DNA of 49,029 nucleotides from Flavisolibacter sp. (GTDB lineage Bacteria > Bacteroidota > Bacteroidia > Chitinophagales > Chitinophagaceae). The notes beneath the pieces are model-generated. The model saw nothing but the letters and a program-made list of their open reading frames with translations. It did not search any database and was not told the origin of the DNA. This document shows, piece by piece, positions 29,616-41,879 of this stretch. Position 1 is the first letter of the stretch. Each line of letters begins with the position of its first letter. A program made the position numbers and the translations under genes. The stretch is from NCBI GenBank assembly GCA_051952715.1, contig JBQCJM010000228.1, forward strand, positions 1-49,029. The letters run 5' to 3'.

Positions 29616-29738
29616 ATGAAGAAATCAATGCTGCTGGCATGGTTGTCTGCCTTTATCATGCCTACCCTTCTATTTCCACGAAGCCATCAGGCTTCCGCTG
29701 TGTTTGATAAAACACGGCTGCACTTTTTATTTGTATAA
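29616..29738 (+). CDS. Putative 40-aa small ORF upstream of susC
   Basis: MKKSMLLAWLSAFIMPTLLFPRSHQASAVFDKTRLHFLFV; signal-peptide-like start; expression unproven. Confidence 0.3.
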   Translation: MKKSMLLAWLSAFIMPTLLFPRSHQASAVFDKTRLHFLFV

Positions 29739-29776
29739 ACCCATTGCTATTTTCCTTAATCAAAAAATAAATTGTT

Positions 29777-32700
29777 ATGAGAAGACCCATTCTGTTTCTC
29801 TGCAGTGTATTATGCTCGTTATTTGCTTTTGCACAATCCCAAAGCGTAACGGGAGTAGTCAAGGCATCTGACGGTGCACTTGTGGCTGCTAGTGTGCAAA
29901 TAAAAGGAACCACACGTGGCACCAGTACAGATGTACAAGGCAAATATTCTCTTCAAAATGTACCGCAAAATGCGATACTTATTTTTTCGTCAGTAGGATA
30001 TCAAACAACAGAAATTGCTGTAAATGGAAATACTGTTGTTGACGCCACGCTTCAGCCGGATGCACAAGCACTGGATGAAGTGATCGCCGTGGCCTACGGC
30101 ACCACCAGGAAAGGAACTTTTACCGGCTCCGCTTCTGTGATTAATGAGAAAGAGATCAAAGATCAACCTACTACTTCTTTTCAAAATGCCCTCATTGGAA
30201 AGGCACCGGGTGTGCAGGTCACATCTTCCTCTGGACAGGCAGGTTCTGTTGCCAGCATTCGTATCCGTGGTATTGGTTCTATGAATGCTTCCAACGAACC
30301 GCTCTACGTAATTGATGGAGTACCGGTAACTGCAGGTAACTCGGGGCAGATGAGTGATTATATCTATTCTACGAACAACGTAATGAATACCATTAATCCG
30401 GCCGATATTGCGTCTGTTACAATATTAAAAGATGCCGCTGCGGCTTCTTTATATGGCTCAAGAGCAGCCAATGGTGTAGTAGTGATTACTACCAAGCAGG
30501 GAAGAGCCGGTAAACCCAAAATCAATCTGCGTTCTTCCATTGGTTTTACACCGACGTGGGCTACCGACAATTATGAACCTGCCGGTGTGCAGGAGCAGGT
30601 TAATATGCTGTATCAAATTTTTCATGACTACCGTACTTCCAATGGGAGAACCGAAGAATTTGCCAACCAAGATGCATTGAGCCGCTTAAATGGCAAGTTT
30701 AATAAGCATGGCTATTACTTTGAAACTGCCGGCACCGGCCGTTATGAAAATGTGATCATTAAAGGAATGACCGATGGCATCGAAAACCGTGAAGGGAAAT
30801 ATTTTGATTGGGAAAATGCCTTGTTTAGAACCGGTGTTTATCAAACGAATGACCTTTCCGTAAGCGGCGGTGATCAAAACACAAAATATTATTCATCGCT
30901 TTCCTATACCAAAGACAACAGTCGCATTAAGGTGAATGACTTTGACCGGATTTCGGGGCGTATTAACCTTTCGCAGGGCATTGGTAAATATGTGGATGTT
31001 ACATCTAACATCAACGTTGCCAAAACCACCAAGTCGGGCTACAACGATACCAGGAATACCGGGGGTAATTATTTTATGCAAACCCGCAATTTATTGTGGC
31101 CGCTGTATTGGCCTACCGATTATAAAACCGGTGCCCCCTTCACTGCACGTTTAGGAAGCCTTGCTTATAATGGCTTGTACTACGATAACGAGTGGGAGAA
31201 CAAAACCTCAGATTTTCGAATGCTGGCTAATGAATCTATGGTAGTGCACATTCTTCCATCTCTTGATTTGAAAACAATATTCTCCTACGATAACGTGCAA
31301 ACGAAAGATCACATTTATTATAGTGCTAACCACTTCAATGGTTCTGCCAGCAATGGTAGCGTTTCTGAAATGAGCACCAACGCAACCAGGCTGGTGTCAT
31401 CCACCACATTAAACTATAAAAAGGATTTTGGTTTGCATGGCATAGATGTATTAGTAGGTTATGAGGCAGAAAAAAATAATACTGATTTTCAACGGGCCAC
31501 CGGCACTGACCTGCCCTCCAGTGCTTTGCATACTGTAGCCACCGCTGGTGAACTGGATGCCAACGCTTATTCCTGGGGCAATACGATGAACTCTATTTTA
31601 TCAAGACTGGAGTATAATTATAATCAAAAGTATTTTGCTTCGGCATCGTACCGTCGCGATGGTTCTTCAAAGTTAGGGCCCGAGACCCGCTGGGGTAATT
31701 TTTGGTCCATTGCTGGTTCATGGAGAGTCAACAGAGAAGACTTTATGAGCCAGGCAACATACATCAGCAACCTGCGTGTAAGGGGATCTTATGGCATTAA
31801 TGGTACGCTGCCTCCGGCAGATTATGGCTGGCGTCCGTTAGCTGGTTACAACAATCAGTATATGGAACAAGCGGGTGGTGGCATTAGCTCTATTGCCGAT
31901 AGAAATCTGAGATGGGAAACCAACTATGTTACCAACGTAGGTTTAGATTTCGGTCTATTTGCTCAAAGACTCTATGGTACTATCGAGTATTTCAACCGCA
32001 ACTCAAAAGACCTATTGCAATATGTGCCTATTTCCAGAGTAACCGGATTTACATCCACACTTAGAAATATTGGTGAAATGAATAACCACGGATTGGAACT
32101 TAGTTTAGGTGGCGACATTATCCGAACCAATAAACTAAGATGGAGTGTAAATGCAAATGCATCTTTCATTAAATCCAAAGTAACCAAGCTGTATAAAAGT
32201 GCAGATGAAGATAATGGCAATGACATCGTTTGGTACGACCCCACCGGTGGCGACGACAGGGCACAATACATTTATAGAGAAGGAGAATCCACCTATTCGT
32301 TCTATGGGTATGAATGGGCCGGTGTGGATCCTGCCAATGGTAAAAACCGCTGGTATGTAAATGATCCTAACGACAAAACTGCCGGAGACTTTTTGCTAAA
32401 TGGCAAAGGAGCTACTTACGATTGGAGTAATGCTAATTATGTGATATTGGGAAGTGCTTTGCCTAAAGTTTATGGCGGCCTTAGCACCGACCTTGAATAC
32501 GGCAATTTTAATGTGGGTGTCAATTTTATTTACAAAATTGGTGGCTATTTGTATGATGGTGCTTTTAAAGATATGGCAGACGATGGTTATTATTGGGAAC
32601 GCATCCGTTCAGAAATTTATTATGAAAACATGTGGACTGAAGCAAATCCCAATGGTACGCTGCCTAAGTTGGACGGTAATGATTTGACCGATCCAATGAA

Positions 32701-32950
32701 ATTTAGCACACGCCAAATGCATGATGCTACTTTCCTAAGATTAAAAACACTTTCGTTGGGTTACAGTTTACCACGCACACTGATTAACAGGATTGGCCTT
32801 GCCAGCGCCAGAGTATATGTAAGCGGCACTAATCTGTTAACCTTCTCGAAATACAAAATTGCCGATCCGGAAGTGAACAACTATGGCACAAGAGGATGGG
32901 AAACTCCTTATGGCAAAACATACACTTTTGGTATTGAATTAAGTTTCTAA
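29777..32950 (+). CDS. susC: SusC/RagA family TonB-dependent transporter
   Basis: CarboxypepD-like N-domain, IRIRG, PLYVIDGVP, LKDAAAASLYGSRAANGVVVITTK, SYRRDGSS, C-terminal Phe. Confidence 0.95.
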   Translation: MRRPILFLCSVLCSLFAFAQSQSVTGVVKASDGALVAASVQIKGTTRGTSTDVQGKYSLQNVPQNAILIFSSVGYQTTEIAVNGNTVVDATLQPDAQALDEVIAVAYGTTRKGTFTGSASVINEKEIKDQPTTSFQNALIGKAPGVQVTSSSGQAGSVASIRIRGIGSMNASNEPLYVIDGVPVTAGNSGQMSDYIYSTNNVMNTINPADIASVTILKDAAAASLYGSRAANGVVVITTKQGRAGKPKINLRSSIGFTPTWATDNYEPAGVQEQVNMLYQIFHDYRTSNGRTEEFANQDALSRLNGKFNKHGYYFETAGTGRYENVIIKGMTDGIENREGKYFDWENALFRTGVYQTNDLSVSGGDQNTKYYSSLSYTKDNSRIKVNDFDRISGRINLSQGIGKYVDVTSNINVAKTTKSGYNDTRNTGGNYFMQTRNLLWPLYWPTDYKTGAPFTARLGSLAYNGLYYDNEWENKTSDFRMLANESMVVHILPSLDLKTIFSYDNVQTKDHIYYSANHFNGSASNGSVSEMSTNATRLVSSTTLNYKKDFGLHGIDVLVGYEAEKNNTDFQRATGTDLPSSALHTVATAGELDANAYSWGNTMNSILSRLEYNYNQKYFASASYRRDGSSKLGPETRWGNFWSIAGSWRVNREDFMSQATYISNLRVRGSYGINGTLPPADYGWRPLAGYNNQYMEQAGGGISSIADRNLRWETNYVTNVGLDFGLFAQRLYGTIEYFNRNSKDLLQYVPISRVTGFTSTLRNIGEMNNHGLELSLGGDIIRTNKLRWSVNANASFIKSKVTKLYKSADEDNGNDIVWYDPTGGDDRAQYIYREGESTYSFYGYEWAGVDPANGKNRWYVNDPNDKTAGDFLLNGKGATYDWSNANYVILGSALPKVYGGLSTDLEYGNFNVGVNFIYKIGGYLYDGAFKDMADDGYYWERIRSEIYYENMWTEANPNGTLPKLDGNDLTDPMKFSTRQMHDATFLRLKTLSLGYSLPRTLINRIGLASARVYVSGTNLLTFSKYKIADPEVNNYGTRGWETPYGKTYTFGIELSF

Positions 32951-32969
32951 ACTGCTAAAGATTTTTAAA

Positions 32970-34427
32970 ATGAGAAAGTACAATATATTTTTTGCAACGC
33001 TTTTGCTTGTAGGGTTCGCCTCGTGTAAAAAAGATTTTCTGGATGTAAAACCCACCAACTCCGGAGAGGCGGAAACAGCTATACAAACAGCGGCTGACGC
33101 CAAAGTAATGATCAATGGCCTTATGAGTAAAATGACCAGCTCCGATTACTACGGAAGAAATTTTATTTTATATGGCGATACAAAGGGAGGCGACCTTACA
33201 ATTTTTTCTCAGGGAAGGGGGTTAGATGCACTATACACCTTCAATCATTCCAAATCATCTAACAACTATTCAGGTTTTTGGAACCAGATCTATCATTGCA
33301 TTTTACAGGCGAATAACATCGTTACAAGCATTGACCGATTGGAAGCAGCTGGAACAACTGAAGATTTTGACAATTACAAAGGGCAGGCACTGACCGCAAG
33401 AGCCCTTATGTACTTTGATTTGGTGCGTTTGTATGGCAAGCCTTATTCGCAGGATAAATCATCCTTTGGCGTACCTAACATCACAGAACCATTGGATGCA
33501 TCGGCTCAACCATTGCGTGCCACTGTCGAACAGAACTATACTCAAATTTTAAGTGATCTGAAGGAAGCAGAGCCACTGCTTTCAAAATCAAAATCGAACG
33601 GTTATCTAAATTATTATGGCAATAAGGCCATTCAGGCCAGGGTTTACCTGAATATGGAAAACTACGCCGACGCTTTGAGCGCAGCGCAGGAAATTATCAA
33701 CAGCAACGTATACAAGTTGTATAGCAATGCCGACTGGGTGAACTCCTGGAAAACACAGTTTGGTTCTGAGTCCATTTTTGAACTGGGCATTTTTCCAAGC
33801 GAAAGCGACTTAGGCAGCAGTTCTCTGGGATATTATTTGCGCCGTAAAGGGCACGGTGGGGGTTCTGCGTTAGGCTGGTTTATGGCCAGTGACTATTTTC
33901 TTGACAGGTTAAATCAGGATCCAAATGATGTAAGATGGGGTGTTATGAGCTACGACGAAAGCAGCCCTACGCACCTGGGCGCCAGTTACAAATACAGTGG
34001 CAGTACTATGTTAGAAGGCGATGGAAAAAGTACAGCCACTGCAGTAAATATAAAGGTGATCCGTCTTTCAGAGATTTATCTCATTGCAGCCGAAGCAGCC
34101 TATCACATTGATAAAGATCTTGCTGCCACTTATCTGAACGAAATTCGCAAACGTTCTCCCAACCTGGCGCCTGCTACAGGAGCTACCATTACCATGGAAA
34201 TGATTATGGACGAAAGAAGTAAAGAATTATTTACAGAAGGACAACGCTTTTTTGATATGTTGCGCCTGAACCTGCCCATTACTTTCAATGATGAATTTGG
34301 AGGAATAACGGTTTCCCATCGACCCAAAACTATTGACCGGACTTTCGAAAAAGTGATTCTCCCCATTCCGCAGGATGAGATTAATGCTAACCCCGGTTTA
34401 GAGGCGCAGCAAAATCCTGGCTACTAA
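32970..34427 (+). CDS. susD: RagB/SusD family nutrient-uptake lipoprotein
   Basis: Lipobox FASC, RALMYFDLVRLYG, IRLSEIYLIAAEA, ER.KELF.EGQRFFD, QNPGY. Confidence 0.95.
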   Translation: MRKYNIFFATLLLVGFASCKKDFLDVKPTNSGEAETAIQTAADAKVMINGLMSKMTSSDYYGRNFILYGDTKGGDLTIFSQGRGLDALYTFNHSKSSNNYSGFWNQIYHCILQANNIVTSIDRLEAAGTTEDFDNYKGQALTARALMYFDLVRLYGKPYSQDKSSFGVPNITEPLDASAQPLRATVEQNYTQILSDLKEAEPLLSKSKSNGYLNYYGNKAIQARVYLNMENYADALSAAQEIINSNVYKLYSNADWVNSWKTQFGSESIFELGIFPSESDLGSSSLGYYLRRKGHGGGSALGWFMASDYFLDRLNQDPNDVRWGVMSYDESSPTHLGASYKYSGSTMLEGDGKSTATAVNIKVIRLSEIYLIAAEAAYHIDKDLAATYLNEIRKRSPNLAPATGATITMEMIMDERSKELFTEGQRFFDMLRLNLPITFNDEFGGITVSHRPKTIDRTFEKVILPIPQDEINANPGLEAQQNPGY

Positions 34428-34436
34428 AAAGTAAAT

Positions 34437-34482
34437 AAAATAATAAAGCCTGGCCGTTTCTGCGGTCAGGCTTTATTATTTT
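34437..34482. terminator. Bidirectional intrinsic terminator
   Basis: 20-bp stem with one G-U: AAAATAATAAAGCCTGGCCG-N6-CGGTCAGGCTTTATTATTTT. Confidence 0.85.
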
Positions 34483-34529
34483 GACCATTACCACCTTTGC
34501 TTTTACAGAAAAAACCTTGTTACGATCCA

Positions 34530-34967
34530 TTATCTTTTTCGTCTAAAAAAATCTTTCATCAATGCTGCACATTCTTCTTTCAAAACACCTTTTATCAATT
34601 CTGTTTTCGGATGAAAAGGTGAGGTTTCTTTTGTAATGTGCAAATAACCATTTTTTTCATCGGAAGCGCCATATATCACACGGCCAATTTTACTCCAATA
34701 TAAAGCTCCGGCACACATAAGGCAGGGTTCAACGGTAACGTATAATGCTGCTTCAGGTAAATATTTACTTCCTAAGAAATTAAAGGCCGATGTCAGTGCA
34801 ATGACCTCTGCATGTGCTGTTGGGTCATTTAATTTTTCAACCTGGTTATAACCTCTGGCAATGATCTTATTATTTAAAACAACAACGGCGCCTACAGGCA
34901 CTTCATCTTCTTCAAATGCTCTTTGCGCCTGCATTAGGGCTTGTTTCATGTAGTATTCGCCATCCAT
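34530..34967 (-). CDS. tadA: tRNA-specific adenosine deaminase / nucleoside deaminase
   Basis: EVPVGAVVV, DPTAHAE, YVTVEPCLMCAGA; ATG at 34967. Confidence 0.88.
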   Translation of the reverse strand: MDGEYYMKQALMQAQRAFEEDEVPVGAVVVLNNKIIARGYNQVEKLNDPTAHAEVIALTSAFNFLGSKYLPEAALYVTVEPCLMCAGALYWSKIGRVIYGASDEKNGYLHITKETSPFHPKTELIKGVLKEECAALMKDFFRRKR

Positions 34968-35119
34968 TATAGCGAAGATAGACTTTATGCGCTGCCTTGT
35001 GTTGTCGCCATGATGTTTTGTAACGGTATTCGTTTTTCTCAAATAGTGAAATGCAGTGACATTATATTTTAATGCACTAAAAATTATTGTCGCAATGCAC
35101 AATAAGCGAGATTTACAGT

Positions 35120-35656
35120 ATGAATTTTTTGCTCCGCTATGCTACCAAACAAGCTGCTGAATTGGTTGCCGACATTAGCCGGCAAACTTTCTACGAAACA
35201 TTTGCGGCAGACAATACTAAGGAAGATATGGACAAATTTCTTAGAGAGCAGTTTACCAGGGGAAAGCTGATGATGGAAGTAGGCAGTCCTGAAAATACTT
35301 TTTTGTTGGCTTATTGTGACGATGAAGTGGCTGGTTATGTAAAAATCCGTGAATCGAAGGCACCAGCTTCTTTACGTAACAATAATGCGATGGAAATTGC
35401 ACGCATTTATACTACACAAAATATGATAGGTAAGGGTGTTGGTAAAGTTTTAATGCAGGCAAGCATTAATGTTGCTAGTGAAAAAAGCAAAGAAGTATTA
35501 TGGCTTGGTGTATGGGAAAAGAACCAGCGGGCTATTGATTTTTATACCAAATGGGGATTTGAAAAATTTGATGAAACGCATTTTTTATTGGGGGATGACG
35601 TACAAAGAGATTGGCTGATGCGAAAATATTTGAAGGCTAATAATGCTTTTGTATAA
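35120..35656 (+). CDS. GNAT acetyltransferase (PaiA/spermidine acetyltransferase-like)
   Basis: TFYETF, GKGVGK.LM, WLGVWEKNQRAIDFY.KWGF. Confidence 0.88.
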   Translation: MNFLLRYATKQAAELVADISRQTFYETFAADNTKEDMDKFLREQFTRGKLMMEVGSPENTFLLAYCDDEVAGYVKIRESKAPASLRNNNAMEIARIYTTQNMIGKGVGKVLMQASINVASEKSKEVLWLGVWEKNQRAIDFYTKWGFEKFDETHFLLGDDVQRDWLMRKYLKANNAFV

Positions 35657-35763
35657 AAAATGATTGCATGGTGAATGTTATTGTGGGTTGATTGTTATAC
35701 GGCTTTTTAGATCAATGTTTTGTATAAATCACAAGGCTTACTTTTTGCAGCTTACCAATTTTT

Positions 35764-37524
35764 ATGAAGATATTATGGAAGTATCTGCAGCCGCAGCGCT
35801 GGCTCATTTTTGTTTCTTTACTGCTTGCCGGTGCAAGCCAGTTACTAAGCCTTGTTGACCCTATTATTTTTGGTAAGATCATAGATGAATATGCCACCAA
35901 TCCGGGTACACGCACTGAAGACCAGTTGGTAAAAGGCGTGTTGTGGTGGTTAGGCGTTGCCATTGCAATAGCACTGCTGGCACGTATTGCTAAAGCTTTC
36001 CAGGATTATTTTACAAGGCTGGCTGTGCAAAAGTTCGGCATGCAAATTTTCAACGACGGATTAAAACAAACGCTTCGTTTGTCTTTCCAGGAATTTGAAG
36101 AGCAACGCAGTGGCGAAACGTTATCGGTGCTGCAAAAAGTACGAACCGATACACAGCAGTTTATCAATTCTTTCATCAATATTTTGTTTTCATCTATAGT
36201 AGGTATTGGTTTTCTGATCTGGTATTCGGTCACTAAAAACTTGATGCTCATTCCTGTTTTTGTAATCGGGATTTTGGTGTTGGGATCACTTACAGGATTA
36301 CTCAGCAAAAAAATAAAGACCACACAGCGATCAATCAATCGCGAAACCAATAGGATGTCTGGCGTCATTACAGAATCATTACGCAACATTGAATTAGTAA
36401 AAAGCTTAGGTCTTACATTCCCGGAGATCAGAAGGTTGAAAGAGCAAACGTTGAAAATATTTGAGCTGGAAATGGTGAAAGTAAAAAAGGTTCGTTCATT
36501 AACTTTTATGCAGGGCACCACGCTTAGCATACTTAAACAATCCATATTATTTATTTTGCTTTGGCTCATTTTCAGAAAAGTGCTGACAACCGGTGAACTT
36601 ATTACCATGCAGTTTATTTCTACTTCTATTTTTGGCCCTTTGCAGGATCTCGGCAACATCATTCTTAGTTATCGCGAAGTAGAAGCTTCTATCAATAGCT
36701 TCGACATATTAATGCACAAGCCTATTGAAAAAAGACCTGAAAACCCTATAGATATTGGCGAATTAAAAACCATTCGTTTTCAGGATGTAGTATTCAGGCA
36801 TAAAACAGCGGCACACAATGCGATGGACGGAATTTCTTTTCGTGTGCAAACAGGAGAGACCATTGCTTTTGTAGGACCGTCGGGTTCAGGAAAGTCTACA
36901 CTTGTAAAGCTATTGGTTGGATTGTATCTACCTGCCAGCGGTGAAATTTATTTTAATGAACAACCATCTTCTCAAATAAGATATAACGAACTGCGCAGGC
37001 AAATTGGTTTTGTAACGCAGGATACACAATTATTTGCCGGCACCATTAAAGAAAATTTATTGTTTGTAAAACCCGACGCCAATGATGAAGAAATTTTAGA
37101 AGCATTGCACAAAGCATCGTGTGAATATTTGTTGAGCCGTTCTTCCAAAGGCATCAATACCATTTTAGGTGAAGGCGGAATGAAGTTGTCGGGGGGTGAA
37201 AAACAACGTATTTCCATTGCAAGGGCTTTACTGCGCCATCCGCGACTACTGATCTTTGACGAAGCTACTTCGGCGCTTGATTCATTAACTGAAGAAGATA
37301 TTACCAATACCATCCGTGACATTTCCGAAGCAAGAGAGCAAATTACCATACTCATTGCCCACCGCTTATCTACCATTATGCATGCCGATGTGATTTATGT
37401 TTTGGAAAAAGGAAAAGTTGTAGAAGTAGGGGCACATAGCGAATTGTTACAGCAAAAAGGTTTGTATTATGCCATGTGGCGCCAGCAAATTGGCGAAAGA
37501 AGAGCAACGACGAATGAAGTTTAG
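35764..37524 (+). CDS. ABC exporter, fused permease and ATP-binding protein
   Basis: TM domain, GPSGSGKST, LSGGEKQRISIARA, LIFDEATSALD, IAHRLST. Confidence 0.93.
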   Translation: MKILWKYLQPQRWLIFVSLLLAGASQLLSLVDPIIFGKIIDEYATNPGTRTEDQLVKGVLWWLGVAIAIALLARIAKAFQDYFTRLAVQKFGMQIFNDGLKQTLRLSFQEFEEQRSGETLSVLQKVRTDTQQFINSFINILFSSIVGIGFLIWYSVTKNLMLIPVFVIGILVLGSLTGLLSKKIKTTQRSINRETNRMSGVITESLRNIELVKSLGLTFPEIRRLKEQTLKIFELEMVKVKKVRSLTFMQGTTLSILKQSILFILLWLIFRKVLTTGELITMQFISTSIFGPLQDLGNIILSYREVEASINSFDILMHKPIEKRPENPIDIGELKTIRFQDVVFRHKTAAHNAMDGISFRVQTGETIAFVGPSGSGKSTLVKLLVGLYLPASGEIYFNEQPSSQIRYNELRRQIGFVTQDTQLFAGTIKENLLFVKPDANDEEILEALHKASCEYLLSRSSKGINTILGEGGMKLSGGEKQRISIARALLRHPRLLIFDEATSALDSLTEEDITNTIRDISEAREQITILIAHRLSTIMHADVIYVLEKGKVVEVGAHSELLQQKGLYYAMWRQQIGERRATTNEV

Positions 37525-37630
37525 GTCTCCAATGGCATTGTAATAAAATAGGAAATTTCCGCAATTGAAATTGTGATAAGCGATTTCTATTTTTTATCGC
37601 ATCATTATTTTAGCATAATTTGTAATTACA

Positions 37631-37700
<70 letters not shown>

Positions 37701-37703
<3 letters not shown>

Positions 37704-39080
37704 CCTGATGAGTTTTTTAAAAAGATTTAGTTTGCCTTTGAATGGAGGGTATTTAATTTTTGGATCGAACCAGGAAGGTGATTTCATCACTGCTTTTTGA
37801 TGACTAAAAACGTCAAAAGAATACCTGCCGTGATAACTGCCAATTCCACTATTGCCTCTGCCACCAAATGGTAAATTGAAATTGGTTAAATGCCAGCTGG
37901 CATTATTTACACAGCCACCTCCAAACGGAATTTTTTCTATCCACTGCTTTTCTTTTTCATTGCTTTCGGTGAAAACATAAAAAGCTAAAGGGTTGGGATT
38001 TTTATTGATAATATTTTTGGCTTCTTCAAATGTCGTAAACGAAATAATAGGAAGAACAGGACCAAAAATTTCTTCACCCATTACAGCGGTATTCAAATCA
38101 ACATCTTCAAGTAAGGTGGGTTCAATATAACCAAGAGCAACATCATACCCACCGCCATAAATAACTTTTCCCTGTTGCAAATAATTGATCAAACGGTTGA
38201 ACTGTTTTTCATTAATGATCTTTCCATAATTGTAACTGGAAGAAGCGTCTTCGGAGAAAAACTGGATGATTGTTGTTTTCAGTTCATGTACAAATCTTTC
38301 TTTCACCGATTGATGCACTAACACATAATCAGGCGCCACACACATTTGCCCTGCGTTAGAAAATTTAGTCATGGCAATGCGGCGGGCTGCTATTTTTATA
38401 TTGGCATCGCTTTCTACCACACAGGGACTTTTGCCGCCAAGCTCCAGGGTTACAGGCACCAACTGCACTGCTGCCATTTCATAAATTAATTTGCCAACAG
38501 CAGTGCTGCCGGTATAAAATACATGATCGAATCTGAAATTGTTCATCATTTGCGGAACTACAACAGCGCCATCGCCTTCTACGAACAAAATGTATTCTTT
38601 GGAAAAATTTTCTTCGATTATTTTTTTCATTACTGCTGCTGTTGCAGGTGCAAATTCACTTGGCTTCAGCACTGCACAATTACCGGCAGCTATGGCGCCA
38701 ACTAATGGTGTAAGCAATAGTTGCAAGGGATAATTCCATGGGCCAATGATGAGAGCTGCACCCAGCGGTTCTTTATAAATAAAACTTTTGCCGGGAAAGT
38801 TTAAAAGATTGGTAGCAACCTTTTGTGGCTTCATCCATTTTTTTAAATGCTTTAGTGTATGATTGATCTCGGCAATTAAAAACCCTGTTTCGGTTACCCA
38901 GCTTTCTTCAGCGCTTTTTTTGAGATCGGTGTATAAAGCTTCCTGCAATTCTTTTTCGTGTAGAAGAACAACCGTTTTTAATTTTTGAAGTTGTTGCTTT
39001 CTGAACGGATAGCTTCGGGTGGCGCCGGTTTTAAAATAATGTACCAAAGCCTGGAGTGATGATAATAGCTGACCGTTCAT
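37701..39080 (-). CDS. Aldehyde dehydrogenase (ALDH3/coniferyl-type)
   Basis: PWNYP, FYTGST.VG, TLELGGKSP, NAGQMC, EEIFGP; ATG at 39080. Confidence 0.92.
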
Positions 39081-39399
39081 AAAACAAAGAAACGCATTGC
39101 AGTTGAAATTCAAACTAACTGCAAGCTCTTGCCATTGTACTGATTTTATGCTTTTCTTTTTTTCTCTTTGCTGCGTTGTGTCAACATCGTTTCTTTGCAA
39201 TGCGAAAGAGAAGTCCCAGGCAATCACAACAATTCAATTACTGCACACCTGCAGTTAGGAAATTGGAAGCCGGATTGCTGATTGAACCGCACAATTAATG
39301 CAGTGCTTTGAATATTTGCTTGCTTTATAAATTTGAGAACAAAAGAAAACAGCGTTGCCGGATAGAATTATTTGCCGGTTATAAAATAGTCAATCTTAA

Positions 39400-40707
<1,308 letters not shown>

Positions 40708-40714
40708 ATAAGAG

Positions 40715-40755
40715 GGAAGATGATAGGTTATTGATGTACTATCATCTTCCATTTT
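40715..40755 (+). terminator. Hairpin/terminator after eno
   Basis: GGAAGATGATAG-N12-CTATCATCTTCC followed by ATTTT. Confidence 0.6.
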
Positions 40756-40790
40756 CAATCGGTTCCCCAACCATCATCTACCATTCGCTC

Positions 40791-41390
40791 ATGCAAATTG
40801 ATGCAGCACTTTTAAAAGGCAGACACGTTTATCTTGAACCATTACAAATGGCACATGTGCCGTTCTTAAAAACTTTGGCCAAAAATGAACGCCTTTGGGA
40901 ATTTACCAAGACGCTTCTGATCAATAACAGCTTTGATGAGCAGTTTGACAAATACATACAGGCGGCTTTCGATTCCCGCAATACCGGCGGACAAGCCAGC
41001 TTTGTAATTCGCAAGTCAATTGACGATACGATCATCGGGATGACACGTTATTATGGTATAGAGCCATCGCATAAGCGTTTAAGCATTGGTTATACCTGGT
41101 ATGTGCCGCAAGTGTGGGGCGGTAAAGAAAATAAAGAGTGTAAACTTCTTTTATTGCAATACGCTTTCGAAACCCTGGGTTTTCAACGCGTACAGTTTGA
41201 CGTGGCGCATCAGAACATTCGTTCTCAAAAAGCAGTAGAAAAAATTGGTGGTGTAAAAGAAGCGGTTTTGCGCAAGCACGGACTTCACGCAGATGGAACG
41301 GTTAGAGATACAGTCGTTTTCAGCATTATTGACGATGAATGGCCGGACAAAAAAGAAGCTTTGCTCCAATTGATCGAATCTTCAAAATAA
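40791..41390 (+). CDS. GNAT acetyltransferase (RimJ/RimL family)
   Basis: IGMTRY, IGYTW, LLLQYAFE, N.RSQKAVEKIG..KE..LR; ATG at 40791. Confidence 0.88.
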   Translation: MQIDAALLKGRHVYLEPLQMAHVPFLKTLAKNERLWEFTKTLLINNSFDEQFDKYIQAAFDSRNTGGQASFVIRKSIDDTIIGMTRYYGIEPSHKRLSIGYTWYVPQVWGGKENKECKLLLLQYAFETLGFQRVQFDVAHQNIRSQKAVEKIGGVKEAVLRKHGLHADGTVRDTVVFSIIDDEWPDKKEALLQLIESSK

Positions 41391-41478
41391 AGATGGCAGA
41401 AGAGGGTTGACAGATGACAGTAATTGTCTATTTTAGCTCCGGTCACCAGCATCAACCTAACACCTACATCTGATATTT

Positions 41479-41784
41479 ATGCAAATCCTGTCACGCATTC
41501 CATCCTGGGCAAAAAATAAATACACTATTACTTTAATAGCTTTTGTAATATGGATGATCTTTTTTGATGCGAAGGATATTCTTACGCAACGTGAAAGAAG
41601 CAACGAACTGCATGAAATGAAGGAAAGCAAAGCTTATTATACTGCTGAGATTGCCAAAGAAAGAAAAGCTTTGGAAGAACTGAAATCCAACCCCGCAGCC
41701 ATTGAAAAATATGCCCGGGAAAAATATTTGATGAAAAGAGACAATGAAGATCTTTTTATCATACAAAAGCCTGGAAAAGAATAA
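41479..41784 (+). CDS. ftsB: Septum formation initiator FtsB/DivIC family
   Basis: NKY..TM..WMIFFD, coiled coil, EKYAREKYLMKRDNED. Confidence 0.85.
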   Translation: MQILSRIPSWAKNKYTITLIAFVIWMIFFDAKDILTQRERSNELHEMKESKAYYTAEIAKERKALEELKSNPAAIEKYAREKYLMKRDNEDLFIIQKPGKE

Positions 41785-41879
41785 TACCGCAGCAGCACAA
41801 TAACAGTTTCACTAAGTCGTTTATTATACCGGACGAACAAATTACTGGACCCTGTTTAATTTTTAAGACTTATTGGTTT

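Noticed and set aside
36006-37376. Long antisense ORFs (also 20576-21202, 8260-8733 and 2038-2457)
   Set aside because: These are shadows of well-conserved genes on the opposite strand, with no motifs of their own.
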